Shown in pieces: positions 1-13,128 of a stretch of 64,000 nucleotides of DNA. Made by a program: the position numbers and the translations under genes. Below the pieces are notes generated by a model, which was not told the origin of the DNA, searched no databases, and saw only the letters and a program-made list of their open reading frames with translations. The first letter of the stretch is position 1. The number at the start of each line of letters is the position of its first letter. Source of the stretch: Scyliorhinus canicula (taxonomy: Eukaryota); NCBI RefSeq assembly GCF_902713615.1, contig NC_052151.1:125053927-125117926 (forward strand), written 5' to 3'.

Positions 1-85
1 ACGATCTCGTCAATGCAGCCGCCGAGAAACACCCCGCCAATTATCCCAAAATGACACGCAGAAATGTTTCCGTTAAATCGCGCCC
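1..85. mobile_element. End of a GC-rich Harbinger-like MITE (cut by the window edge)
   Basis: Ends CGTTAAATCGCGCCC; similar to 6400-6460. Confidence 0.6.
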
Positions 86-1147
86 CGAGTAACAAAGTTA
101 CAGATAAAAGATAACATTTGTTGGTGATAATGATTGAATTGAGGTCAAACTTGAGAGTGAAAAAGAATATTTAATTAGCATCTTGCATGTAAAACCTCTC
201 AGCCCTTCACACAATGAATTATTTTCAGATTGCAGCAACTATGAATGCTCAATTTATTCTTAGACCTTCTTGTATAGTGTAATTCGTATTTAGAAAGTTT
301 TTGTGTGTCTAGAAAAGTAGGTTTTAAATTGATGGCGTAGCTATAAAACTTTACAAACTTCCAAATTTATGGGCTGAATCACTGAATGAAATATTGAATA
401 GAGATGTTATTTAATAATTCGATGGGAAATTGAATGCACCCTTATTCAGGATAGGGCAATCAGATATAGCGGAAAATGGGATTTTTGTTTGAGTTGTTAG
501 CTATGGGCCTCACAAATTGTTGCAAACAAATGGAGTGTTTTTGCCCAAGGTAGGTGTGTGAAAGGTCAAGGTCAATGTACCAGTCACAAGCAAGATTGGA
601 AAATGTAGGAAAGAAGAACCGATAAATCAAAAGGTGCTTTGTGGATGGCGAGCGTGACTATTATAGTTTTCTAGATTGTGGGAAGTTTAAAAGTTAGACA
701 TTTTTTATATCCTGTACAATGGATTTTGTTTTCAACACGGTGATGATGTATGGTGAAAGAAGAGCTTAATTTACATTCCAATATTAAGAAAAAGACAAGT
801 TTTTCCAAAGCAGATGACTTGTTGACCCACTGATAATAAATCCAAGCGCAATCCAACTTTGATACCTTATCTGATGTAATCTCTAAAGCTTCTGTAATTC
901 TCTTGGCATTCAGCTGTTCCCATAGAAGTTAATCTTTCAAAGTCTATTATGAGTTTGGCTATGTGTGCCAAGATGTTGCGCAGAAATGCAAGATTTTTGG
1001 TCACGTTTCTGCGCTGTCATGTTTCTCCCTTAACATCTACCAAACAATTTGATAACTGCACGAGATGTTCCTTCATTTGTCGAATGTTCGTATTCATTAA
1101 TAACTGATCCAGTTTTTTGTTTCCATTAGCATAGGAATGCAATTACC

Positions 1148-1376
1148 ATCCAGGGTAGCATGGTGGCCTAGTGGTTAGCACAGCTGCCTTACGGCGCTGA
1201 GGTCCCAGGTTCGATCCCGGCTCTGGGTCACTGTCCGTGTGGAGTTTGCACATTCTGCCCGTGTCTGCGTGGGTTTCACCCCCACAACCCAAAAATGTGC
1301 AGAGTAGGTGGATTGGCCACACTAAATTGCCCCTTAATTGGAAAAAATAATTGGGTAATCTAAATTTATAAAAAAA
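1148..1376 (+). mobile_element. Short V-SINE variant with A-rich tail and 15-bp TSD
   Basis: tRNA-like head, V-domain, poly(A) end; TSD AGGAATGCAATTACC at 1133-1147 and 1377-1391. Confidence 0.9.
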
Positions 1377-2179
1377 AGGAATGCAATTACCTCTGAAATA
1401 CAAACTACAAAATTTAGGCATTTGAACAGAAGCAGCATTCCCAATATTAATCCTTGTATTTGAGTATCTATGCACAAAAGGTAAAGACCTGCAATTATAT
1501 CCCATCTTCCAGGACATACCCAAATGCTTCATAGTGAATTAATTTATTTTGTAGTGTAGTCTCTATTGTAACATTTTAGTCTATTACCCAAAATATTTAA
1601 AATTTTGTTCCGGAGATTGAACTTTTTATTAAAAAACGAACAATCAATTTAAATTTTAAAGTAAGGTTAAAATAGGCTCTAAATATGTGAGGCTTTATCT
1701 CCCATTGGCTTATTGCCAATTGAAAGCAGAACCTGCAGTTTCTTGTCAGGGTGCACAATAATATGACAGCACTTTCTGGGTCCCTGGATAATGACATTTA
1801 CTGTAGCACAAATGATGTGTCATATTTTGCGCATTTTGTGCCGTCGCTTGCATTTCATCCGAGATATTTTTCTGAAGATAATAGGAAATGCTTTTGTGTC
1901 ACAGTGCTAAATTCCATTGTTCCATCAATGCCCACCCCCACAATGTGCATATCAAATATGTTAATAAAAAAGAATATTTTACCATCTACCGTTTGGCATT
2001 AAGCTAATTTACAGTTTGATATGGATATGAGGATTCTGTAACTATAATATAGAGCTCTTGGAAGAAATTTTAAAAATTCTCAGTGGTGGCTGAGTTTTTC
2101 CATCCATGTTCTTTCACAGTGCTGCAGTAGAAGTAATATCTGATGTAGTATCTTTTAACTCATCACAGGCATTGACTTG

Positions 2180-3200
2180 CTTTAAACATTGGAAAAACAG
2201 GACTCCGGTATTCAGAAAATTCAGTAATTATGGATGAAAAAAGCCCTTTGGCTAATCTTAATATATTTATCCAGCAATACCCTCCAGTCCCTATTCTACA
2301 TCACAATATTACAGAATTCAATTAATTCTCAAGTAAATTTTTAAGTTTTTACTTGCACTGTTCCATGCCGGAGACTGTTTCTTGTGTTGCTCAGTTTTTT
2401 GTCAAGAAGAGTTTCGTAAAATTATTCTTAAATATGCTTTTATTAAGTTGAACCGTTGTCCCCTTGTTCTCTTCATGATTTAATTTTAATTAGTATTCTA
2501 GATGTGTTTTTCTGTGTTGCTATATTGTACATACGTACAACAGTGCCTTTCATACATATTTGAAGATGAGAAGCCCAAGTTTCTCCACTTTTGTCTCATA
2601 ACTCAAATCTCTAACGTTAAGGATTAACCTCTTCTAATCACCACTGCCAGTTAATGACTGTCTGTCTGTCTGGTGTCTCAGCATAAGATGTAATGCTCAA
2701 GGTTCAGTCTGACCGGAGCACTGTACAGTTTGAGCATGATGATATCTGATTTAATATTTAACTGATTTGGCTATGTTGTTTTACAGCTGGGTTTTTTTGC
2801 TGTACTGCATCAATTGAACATGGTTTGCACCTGGTGTATTTTAGCATCTTCCAGAACTATTTGAACACCATTCTTAATTTCCCTCCCTATGTGCAATATT
2901 TTGTCATTGTCTGCATTAAATATAATCTTCCATTGATCTACCCATACAATTCGTCCTAATTAGTTTGTAACCTCTGAGCGGCTTTCAATTGACTCTCCCC
3001 GATCAGTAGCCTCAGCAAATTTGATGACATTGCATTGGGTTTCTGTGCCTCGGTCAGTGATGCAAATAGAAACATCAATTGTCCAAGCAGTGATTCCCAG
3101 GAGAGCCACTCATTACTTTCCTCCTCATTCCCATCCTATTCTGCCATTTATCTCCAACCATCTGAGATTGAAGTTCAACTAATACTTTTTCCACTGGACC
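2180..3200 (-). mobile_element. Highly degraded CR1-type LINE 3' fragment
   Basis: Remnants resembling the reverse-strand CR1 RT C-terminus and tail (e.g. tcagcaaatttg, KFAD-like, near 3012). Confidence 0.4.
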
Positions 3201-4558
3201 GTTGGAAGTCTTGAAGGAGTTTTTAAGTCTGACATGAACCACTTGCTGGGGAAAATTAAATTAAGCCAAGTTTCAATGTATTTATGCTTTATTGCGTGCT
3301 GTACAGTCATTACTATTTCTGTTATGAGCTTGTCCCTGCATTCTAGTTGCACGCCTGGAAGCTTCACTAGCTTCTTATCTGGACTCCTTCCTGACATCAT
3401 GGGGAAGAAACACTTAAGGGCTCAGTATTATTAGGGTTTTGTGTGACTACAACATTTATTTACAAACTTTATTTTCCATACACAGCAAAATTACATTGTT
3501 AAATCTTTTGCATTGTGTGCCCAGGTCTTTCATTTTCGGAGTTTGAAAATCAATGATGGGATTTCGGAGTGACTGGAGGAATGAGAATCACAAACAGATC
3601 AGTCCAGATTCATCTAATTACACCCCCCTGTTTGGTTTTGGTCTAACTTATTTAGAAACCACACTAGGTTGGGGGCTGTTAGACTGTAGCGCTGGTTAGG
3701 GCGCTTTTTAAAGATTATGCCCTGACCTGTTTGGAGCCAATTATCAGCTACAAGAGGCCTCATCCGTCAGACCCTCTAGTGGCTCACTAGAGCGCTACCA
3801 ACTGAGCCAGAAGACCTCCCTCAGGGGGTCAAAGACCGTTGGCTGCCGTCTTCTCAGTGTTTAACTAAATATTATGGGATAAATGTTCATCTTTAATAGT
3901 CTGGTGTAAGGCGATCCATGCTGGGAGCACCAAAGGGGAAAACATCCCAGCATCTGATGCAACGTATGTCACGCGTTACAGTGATAATTACGGAATCATC
4001 CATTTAATTTGTGGGAGCTGAACAGTTTGAATTATGTAACTTATTTTCTCTTTCGTATATTTCTTTTGAGTTGGTGTTCTGGAGACATTCTTTTGTGTGG
4101 AAATGTGACCCATTGTTCAGTCAGAGCTGTATCAGTTGCAGCTCGGGTTTTCTCTTTGGAGCTGTGGGAGGCAGAATCAAATTGGTAATATTTTTGTTGT
4201 GGGAAGGCACTGAATGCCAAGAATCTTTTATGCACATTAGGAGTGTACTTGTGGGATTTGACTTGAGGCTGCAGTGTGAGACAGGTTAGTGCGTGTACTT
4301 GCCATATTGTGGGGTGACTGGAGCTTCTCTACTCCTGCACTATAGATTTCTCCAACGCTGGAGTGAAAAGGGAGTTATACTGTGAATCATGGTTCCGATA
4401 CTGCAACAGCACCAATTTGTCCAACTGACAATCTGTCCAGAATGATGCTTGGAATTGAAAATTCCGTTTTATTTCTTTTGAGACCTGTACTGCTGAATGT
4501 GCGAACAAATTGCAGCATTTAGTGGTTTCTGATCTAATTTACAGAATGTCAATTATGT

Positions 4559-6460
4559 GTGCGCGATAGAACGCCTCATCACACCTGACTCGGTGATGTG
4601 ACAAGGCCGTTAAATCTCGCAATTGGCCTCCTGCAAGATTTATGATGCTCAAAATGCTTTGGGAGATCTAATTAATTACCATATTTAAATGAGCCATTAG
4701 ACTGCATATTTCTTATCCCAGTGCCTGGGAGCTACTTGGGAGACCTTGCCAGGCCACCGTTTAGTACTGGTCCACACAAATGTGGATCAGGTGTAACGGC
4801 ACCTGGGAGGGTCTGCCAGGCCATTTGAGATCTCTGGGTGGTCAGGGACATGGCAGAGTGGCACCCTGGCTCTCTGACTGACACCTGGGCGGTCAGGGAC
4901 ATGGCAGAGTGGCACCCTGGCTCTCTGACTGACACCTGGGCACCTTGGCACTGTCAGGTTGGCACTATGTATCTTCCAGCTGGCACTGCCAAGATGCCAG
5001 GGTGATATGTCAGACTGACCCTGTCAAGGGCTTGACTGGCACTACCAGACTGGCAGGTACTTCCAAGGTGGAAGTTTCAGGATGCCTAGCTGGCATTGCC
5101 AGGTGGGCAGGGGCACTGTCTGGGTGGTAAAGGGCCATGTCCATGAAAGGGGGATGTATGTGTATAGGAATGGGGGGGAGTGAAGGACGGGTATGAAGGG
5201 GCCTCCTAAATAGGTGGGGTCCTGAAAAGTGGTTGGGGGGGGGGGCGGGGGGAAGTTGGGGTGGCCTGAAAAGTGGGGTACCCTCAGCAACCCCATAGTA
5301 GAGTGTTCTTACTTGGGGGAGGGGGAGGGGATGGACCCCCTCAAACTTACTTTGAGATTGGGGCACCCTTTCAAAAGGGCAGTCTGATCTCTGAGGAGTC
5401 GGCCTCACTTGCGAGTTCTTCCCTGTACTGTTGAAAAAATATCTTGAGTGTGGGCTAGACCTGGGAGAAACTCTCCAAGGCCCATAAAATTGACTATGGC
5501 CGTAATTGACCGGCGGCGTCCCATCGGAATGGGACGTGGTTGGTAGATCCTCTCCTGAGGTTCCTGACAGCTTTTATAGCTCACGAGATCTAACGAGACG
5601 TCACAATCTGCACTGCCCATGGGTGGGAGCAAGGCTCCCATAGCTAAAAGAGCTTAAAAGCTCACTCAGCTATGCTGCCGCCGAATAGAACGGCCACCCG
5701 GCATCTATCGGCCTCGCTGAGGAGACCCCAGCCGGGTAACATTCAGCACTGAACCCCACAACTGGGACCTGGCAAAAACTACACTTTGGGAGGGGCGAAT
5801 GGAGGAAAAGGCCCCCCAGGCGATCGGAAACTCCTGGATGGTTGGTCTAGCCTTTGGCCAGGCTAGCAGCCTGGCACTGCTGGTGTCATCTGGGCACCTT
5901 GACACTGTCAGCCTGGCACACTGGCATTGCCACCTGGACACCCTGACAGTGCCACCCAGGTGCTACTGGCAGTGCCAGGGTGCTCAGGTGGCACTGCTAG
6001 GCTGGCAGTGCCAAATGACCAGACTGGCATTTTGCCCACGCCGGATATTGGGCCTGCCAGTATGTGGTGGGGTGCGGGGGCGCTCGCGGACCCCCCAACA
6101 GGTGAGATGGGGAGTTGGGGAGGGGCGCGAGATCCGGATGCTATTTTTAAATGGTGTTCCGATCTCTTCCTGCACCGAGGAATTCCTCAGTGCAGTGCAG
6201 GGTATGTGGCTTAGTGCAGCCTCGCGGGATGTCCCCCACGGAGGGCCATGTAATAAAAGCAGTGCTCTTAGATAGCGGTGTTGTTTCCGACACAACAAGC
6301 ACCAAGAGCAACCGCTTGATTCCCGCCCTGTTTTTGTTTATTTAAATTGCACACGAAGTGTAGGTAAATACTGGTGTGGTTTTCACCAAAAAAGCTGGCG
6401 AGAAATACCCTGCCAAACCTCGGAAAATGACATTTAAAAATTGTTCGTTAAATCACGTCC
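4559..6460. mobile_element. GC-rich Harbinger-like non-autonomous element(s), possibly two joined copies
   Basis: Imperfect TIRs GTGCGCGATAGAACG / CGTTAAATCACGTCC; flanks TGT and TAT; repeated GGCACTGCCAG-type motifs. Confidence 0.6.
4840..4941 (+). repeat. Perfect 51-bp tandem duplication (2 copies)
   Basis: GGTCAGGGACATGGCAGAGTGGCACCCTGGCTCTCTGACTGACACCTGGGC twice. Confidence 0.95.
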
Positions 6461-6485
6461 TATATCTTCAGACTCAATATGTTAA

Positions 6486-6830
6486 GGCAGCACGGTAGCA
6501 TTGTGGATAGCACAATTGCTTCACAGCTCCAGGGTCCCAGGTTCGAATCTGGCTTGGGTCACTGTCTGTGCGGAGTCTGCACATCCTCCCCGTGTGTGCG
6601 TGGGTTTCCTCCGGGTGCTCCGGTTTCCTCCCACAGTCCAAAGATGTGCAGGTTAGGTGGATTGGCCATGATAAATTGCCCTTAGTGTCCAAAATTGCCC
6701 TTAGTGTTGGGTGGGGTTACTGGGTTATGGGGCTAGGGTGGAGGTGTTGACCTTGGGTAGGGTGCTCTTTCCAGGAGCCGGTGCAGACTCGATGGGCCGA
6801 ATGGCCTCCTTCTGCACTGTAAATTCTATG
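6486..6830 (+). mobile_element. HE1/V-SINE, CR1-type tail
   Basis: Full head, V-domain and TTCTATG tail; flanking repeat TATGTTAA; nearly identical to the reverse-strand copy at 45575-45920. Confidence 0.92.
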
Positions 6831-8019
6831 TTAACATTTGTTGTGGAACACAGTAGATGCAAACTGCCTCACAGAGTGTGTACATTTCGAGAGGCATTCA
6901 TTTCCACTATGGCATTTGATCTCCCATGGTATGCATGTGTAACGATAACAGTTGATGTTGTAACTGAGCGGGAAGGTCCCAGAATGGAAACCTGGCTCAA
7001 AAAACTGTTACTTTTCTTTATAATACATTATAAGGAGTTACAGGAGCGTTAATTAGTTGTATCAGCAAGAAAAAACATTTATTAACATGGAAAAATTGGA
7101 TTGTAATACAATACTTTACTCCCCCCTCAACTTCACAGTTACACAGATTTTAATTGTGTAATTAACACGAGTGGCAAAGCATATCTTAAGCTACAGCGGT
7201 CTCCGTGACCAACGTCTATTTAAACGCACATTTATAGCTGTGGTCAAATCCAAGTTAATGTCTATGGATTTCTCCTCCGAGTTCCCCCCAGATGATTGTC
7301 ATGAGATTTTTCGAACATCATTCCAGAAGCACACTTTAAAATCTGCTCTCACAATAATGGTTTCCCTTTGTGGTTTGTGTTACGAAATCCAGTCCAGGTT
7401 TTCCAAATGACACCTTTTAAAGAAAGTGTCCACTCCACTTTGAGTAGGGAATCCAGTATCCAACTTTTACACCACGCCCTTTAGGATTTTTTTTGTCTTG
7501 GCTGCTGTACGAACTGTCCTCAATTGCTTCAATTCTCGATTAATAGTCTCTAGTAAAATGGCATCAAACATTTCATTTACCTGAAGTCTGCTGTCCCACT
7601 TTAAATTCGATTACTGCAATAGTTTCTTTATGTCAGATGTTTACTCTTCCTTGAATTCTTTAGTTAAATACCTTGGTCCCTGGTTATCTGGACTGTAACT
7701 TATTTGTTAGGAAGCCTACATCTTTGCAACTCCCTTACCTACCCATCTTCTCCTGGAAATGTTGAGAGATGTTCATTCCCCAGTGTCCTGTCTCCAACTG
7801 CAATTTTTCCAGCTAAAACTGAACCTTATAAGGGCTCCCGTTGCTGAGCAATAACTACTACTATTTATTCTTCACACCGTAGTCTTCACACCACAGCCTT
7901 CACAACACAGCCTTCACACTATATCCCAATAGAATCACAATTGGAACTTTACCAACTTCCACACATGCATGCACCTTTTCCCAGCATGAATTTAACTATT
8001 TGTTTTACCCTTCCAGACA

Positions 8020-8069
8020 CACTTACCCGGTGAGGCGGGAGGTGAGCCCTGAGGGGCTGTCGCTTCTGG
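8020..8069 (+). pseudogene. About 50-nt 28S rRNA fragment fused to a CR1 3' tail
   Basis: CACTTACCCGGTGAGGCGGGAGGTGAGCCCTGAGGGGCTGTCGCTTCTGG resembles recalled vertebrate 28S (CACTGACCCGGTGAGGCGGGGGGGCGAGCCCCGAGGGGCTCTCGCTTCTGG). Confidence 0.75.
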
Positions 8070-8084
8070 TCGGGACGCTTGGAC

Positions 8085-8231
8085 GGAGATAGGTTCTTGA
8101 TTAATAAAGGGATCAGGGGTTATGGAGAGAAGGCAGGAGAATGGGGATGAGAAAATATCAGCCATGAGTGAATGGCGGAGCAGACTCGATGGGCCGAGTG
8201 GCCGAATTCTGCTCCTATGTCTTATGGTCTT
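8085..8231 (+). mobile_element. CR1 LINE 3' tail (5'-truncated)
   Basis: AATAAAGGGATCAGGGGTTATGG...TCTGCTCCTATGTCTTATGGTCTT, similar to 61349-61484. Confidence 0.85.
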
Positions 8232-8583
8232 CTGAAACACACTTAAAAAAATCTACCTTATTTCTAATGTTTGCCAAAACAAATATAAATTCTTTAAAGC
8301 TACCTTTGTTTTACTAACACATGAGGATTAAAATAAGGTTTGAAGTTGGGGTATTATTTTGAACAGAGTCTTGAAAGGGGTGTAGTACATGGTTATGGGG
8401 AGAACTGAGATTGAGCAGAACTGTAGGCCAAGGAAAGAAGGTGAAAGAGAGGGTTGTGGGACATAAGAGGGAAAGTAAATCTTGGTTCAAGGCTGATCAG
8501 CAGAACATAAAGCCGAGTTAAAGATTTAAAGGGAAAGTGGATATGTGAAGAAGAATTAAAGTATGCATCTTTGCCCAGAATTA

Positions 8584-8913
8584 GGGTCAGCACGGTGGCA
8601 CAAGTGGATACTGTAGTACTGTGGCTTCACAGCACCAGGGTCCCAGGTTTGATTCCCCGCTGGGTCACTGTCTGTGTGGAGTCTGCACGTTCTCCCCGTG
8701 TCTGCGTGGGTTTCCTCCGGGTGCTCCGGTTTCCTCCCACAGTCCAAAGACGTGCAGGTTAGGTGGATTGGTCATGAAAAATTGCCCTTAGTGACCAAAA
8801 AGGTTAGGATGGGTTATTTGGTTACGGAGATAGGTGAAAGTGAGGGCTTAGGTGGGTCGGTGCAGACTCGATGAGCCGAATGGCCTCCTTCTGCATTGTA
8901 TGTTCTATGTTCT
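8584..8913 (+). mobile_element. HE1/V-SINE
   Basis: Head, V-domain and TATGTTCTATGTTCT tail. Confidence 0.9.
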
Positions 8914-8914
8914 G

Positions 8915-9430
8915 TGGAGGAGAGGGGAAAAATAGAACTGGATCAAAGACTGGATGGAGAGGGGAAATGGAACAGCGTCACAGACCACTGGAGAGTTAGA
9001 GGATGTGGGAGAAGATGGAGAAATGGTTGGCTTTTAAGTGTCTTGACAGCAACACCAGTGGGATGACACTGAGCAAGCAGCCAATCATGGCCATCGTCAC
9101 CAGCACAGTATATCTTACTATGTGTGGGGAGGACAATGGAGTAATTGATGAGGAGTAGACAGATACGGCATAAGGGGCAGGTAAGGGTACAGAATAAGAG
9201 GTTGGACAGATGCTTGAATGGAATGTGAGAGGGAAGAGGGAGGTTAGGGAATGAATGGAGGAAGAGAACAAAATAGGAAGGGGAAAACGAGAATGATGAG
9301 AAGAGGCAGGAGAGGAACTCGAAGTGGAGCATGAAAATGAAGGAAGGGGAACTGAGGAAGTGCCATTGGTACTGGGAGGAGCAGAGCAAAGAAGATGCTT
9401 TGAGTGTCGAGTGGGGAAGTGGAGTTCTTC
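8915..9430 (+). repeat. Purine-rich (GA) low-complexity tract, possibly an old LINE remnant
   Basis: Strong G/A strand bias. Confidence 0.5.
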
Positions 9431-10549
9431 CAATGAACAATTAAAAAAATATATACTTACAAAAATGGCAGGTTTTGTAATAACTATCAAGGGGTAAGTG
9501 AAAGAGCAGCATGTAGTGGGAACTTGCTTGGGAGATACACTTATTTGCTGCTGTAACTTTAGCAAACCTCAAACAAGTGCTGAAGCTATGACAACCAATT
9601 GGGAAAACCAGTTAAGAAGTTCATTGGCCTTGGGATTTTTACAGCTTCAGTACCTATTACAAATGTATCTTCAATCATGTTCCTAATCAACATACCCTCA
9701 TTCGTTCTGACTGCAGCACGAAAAGCTCGAAATGACAAGGCAATTTCCCAAAGTAGGAATAGCTAGTCTATTTATTGCACCATTATAAACAATTACACAC
9801 ATTTGAGTGGGTGCCAGTTTAACAGATTCAATGGCAGGAAACTAGATAATTGACAATGGTCAGGAGAATGTGGAGTTGGCATTAGCTGGTTAAATATAGT
9901 TCCTGTCCCTGTGTTGCACTTTGCTGGGCACTCCAGCTTCATATACATTATTTGAGCGGGAAAAAAATCTGTAAAGCCCTGAGGAAAGCTGAAAGGAACA
10001 GGCTGAACAGTAAAGTAATGGAAGAGTGGGAAGAGAGCACAGGCTGTGCCCAGAACAACTGATTAAAGCTGTGGTTAGCCTTATTGTCCAACGAGCGTAA
10101 TACCAATTCTTGACTTGAGCTCTGAAAGCCCAGCTATTCTTGGGATGTGATGCTGTGTTTTCAGTCCCATTCGGAAATCTCAGAGGCTATTTACGACATT
10201 ACAACTAGATATTCAGGTGATGCTCTGCACAATCGTAATGGAGCCATGAGTTTCATGGGAAAGGTTTGGGGATGTGGTATGATGTTGGGGTAGTTGAGGT
10301 AGGTGAGTATATAAACAGTGCTTGTGGGGATCATTGGCAGCTGGTGATGGCCAGGGACATTGAAACTCAAAGTTATCAATTTCTAAAGAAAATGTTCGTA
10401 CTTATTGCTTCCCTTGACGATGTACAAATATTTTCTGGGAAGCCCTTAAGGGATGGCGTTCACTGTTCACCTCATCTACAGTTTCCCAGGGATTTTTCAC
10501 AGGCTCATAAGAGGACAATTGCAGTGTTTGATTTCTGACCCAAGGTTTT

Positions 10550-10890
10550 CATAGATTTCATAGAATTTACAGTGCAGAAGGAGGCCATTTGGCCTATAGA
10601 ATCTGCACCGGCCCTTGGAACGAGCACCCTACCCAAGCCCACACCCCACCAAATCCTTGTAATCCAGCAACCCCACCCAAGCTTTTTTGGACACTCAATT
10701 TAGCATGGCTAATCCACCTAACCTGCACATCTTTGGACTGTGGCAGGAAACCGGAGCACCCGGAGAAAACCCACGCAGACCACGGGGAGAACGTGCAGAT
10801 TCCGCACAGAAAGTGACCCAAGCGGGAATCAAACCTGAGATGCTGGAGCTGTGAAGCAACTGTGCTAACCACTGTGCTACCGTGCTGTCC
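10550..10890 (-). mobile_element. HE1/V-SINE
   Basis: Reverse-strand head, V-domain and CR1-type tail (catagatttcatagaa). Confidence 0.9.
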
Positions 10891-13128
10891 TGTCCCTGTG
10901 TCATGTCCCGGGGGTATCTGGCATCGCTGAGCAGGGCACGCAGCAGGGAGGCTGGTTAACCAATAAATTCGAGAAATTCACTGAGACATGCAAACTGCAA
11001 CTGAATAGATTTTAATGCTTGTTTTAATGCTTTCATTAAAGGTTTTACTTCAAGGCCCAAGCCTCTTGCAAAAGTCCAAGTTTGGAATTGATACTTTTCC
11101 CCCAAGCCTCTGACGCTGCTAAATTTGAAGTGTGCTGATTAAGCATCTGTAATCTTCCCTGTTTCCCAGCAGGCAGCAGGATTGTTGAGTCAGCTGCTGA
11201 TGGAAGACGTTTCCTTCAGCTGAAGAAATGAAGGAAAAGAGCAAGTGAAAAGAAATGTGGAAGTTAATAAGTTGAGAAAGCACAGAAGGGTCTAGAAGGA
11301 ACAGATAGAGTGGTGTAGTGTGCAAGTGAAAATGTTTAGGCAGGGACTAGGGTGATAATTCCACACTTCAGAATGAGGGTTGAAGAATTGGGGCTACAAT
11401 GTTATAGCTTTATCTGTGCAGCTCTCTCCTGGTTGGTATGGGATTGCAGCATCGCTGCTTCAATGCTTAGTAATCAAATCTTCAACTTTGGCCTGGGATA
11501 TTTTTTCTGCACTAAACAAACACCATAATTTATGTCTGTCAAATCGTGGTGCAGATGTTTCATCTTCCCAGTGGGGGTGGGTGGTGGTGGTGGTGGTGGG
11601 GGGGGGGGGGGGGGGGTGGTGGTTGGGGGGCAGAGTTAAGGACATGAAAATCCTCATAGATTTGAAACAAGAAACTGGACTAAAATTTTAAAGATGACGT
11701 GGCTATGCTTGGGATTTGCAATACTACTTCTGCAATGTCTGAAGTGGTAAAGGAGTAGTTATTTACCGACTCTTGGATTGATTTATGTTTTTCTAAAATA
11801 TTTATGACCATAATGGTGTTTCCAAATAGACAAAAAAAAGCTCAGTAAGTAGATTTACAACTAGATCATTAATATTCATTCTTCTAACCTCTGCTGTAAG
11901 CTGTTAAACTGATTTTTTCTTTTAATTTAAGTCCATAGTGCTCGTGACTTTGCTTAATATTAAGGTTCATGCCACAAATATGTTGTCAACAAAATCTTGC
12001 CCCGTCTTTTTGGGTACTATATTTTCTAAACACTAGTTGGTAGGAAATATTTTACTTGGGGCTGTTCCTGATTTTGAGCTAGGCCAATTATTGTCAAAAT
12101 TAAATTTGCCAGTTAATTTAATGACACATTTATTTGAAAAACTCTGCGACTGCAAGACTTGGGTGTATGTAATAAAGTTGAGGGCATGGGTTAAATAAAT
12201 TCAGTCAAGTAATATAATTAGATTATGGAGATCATCTTCTGCTGTACCTGTACTGACAGGTCTGCAGGGGACTCCTATATAGTTGAATTAGTGTTGATCA
12301 TGAGTAATTTTTCAAGCTAATGTGACAACATGGAACAAAATTAGCAAAGTATTAAACAAAGCTCACATTTCAGAGAAATCATACCCTCAGGATCGTCAAA
12401 ATGTAATTTAGAGATTTTGCATCATACTACTCCATCAAAATGTTTAATAGTTCCAATGTTGATACTTTGAAGGGCCCGCACGAGTTATCTGAATCCCTCA
12501 GAAACTAGAATTGTCTATAGATAAATCAATGATTTATTTTACTGAAGTGGTGTTGCAGAACAAATAGATTTATGAGACTGATGGGTTGAAGTGAGTTTTC
12601 ACCCGACAACCAGAAAAATGCTTTCTAAGTGAAGTCTAATTATTTTTTCTCCAAAGCACTTTGCCACTTAATCTAACTGGAAGATTTTAAGTATAACACA
12701 TTCATGAAGTGAAATAATCCATTAGTATGAGAAGTCATTGCTCAGTATGTCCACGAGGACAAAGGGTGACAAATGTATCTGAAAATAAGTAGTCTATGAT
12801 CCAAATGATGGGAGAATAAGAAAGACATGCATAAATAAACAGTCTTGAAATAATTCCTGATATGCATTTTGCCACCGTGACTAACAATAGACTCTTGAAT
12901 AAACTGGTTCCATTTAATACTGAAACTGTTGGAAGTACTAAGAGAAAATACATCTTTCAGTTCATCAGCATCACTTTAATATAAAGTCAGTGATAAAATA
13001 CTGGGAGAAAGAGCTGCAGTTTTTCTTTCAGAAAGCAGGATGTGAAGGTGCAGAATCTAGGTTGTTGCAGTAATTGGGCTGGTAGTAGATGCTTAGGTGG
13101 GAGACTGGGTGGTGGAACGGCTGAAGGG

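Larger units (their letters stand above)
6938..8319 (-). mobile_element. Solo LTR (TG...CA) with 4-bp TSD CATG
   Basis: Starts TGTAAC, ends TAACA; CATG at 6934-6937 and 8320-8323; homologous to 36305-43994. Strand inferred from a poly(A)-signal-like motif near 7080. Confidence 0.8.

Noticed and set aside
4840-4941. Direct repeats suggestive of a CRISPR array
   Set aside because: Simple two-copy tandem duplication with no spacers, in eukaryotic DNA.
6486-6560. tRNA-like heads of SINEs as tRNA genes
   Set aside because: A and B boxes are present but there is no intact cloverleaf; only 19010-19081 is a true tRNA sequence.
8943-9565. 165-aa and 189-aa Ser/Leu/Phe/Pro-rich ORFs
   Set aside because: Artefacts of a purine-rich low-complexity tract.
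11570-11630. Long poly-G/poly-C runs (also 27030, 32673, 33960) as G-quadruplex elements
   Set aside because: Common homopolymer expansions; no independent evidence of function.
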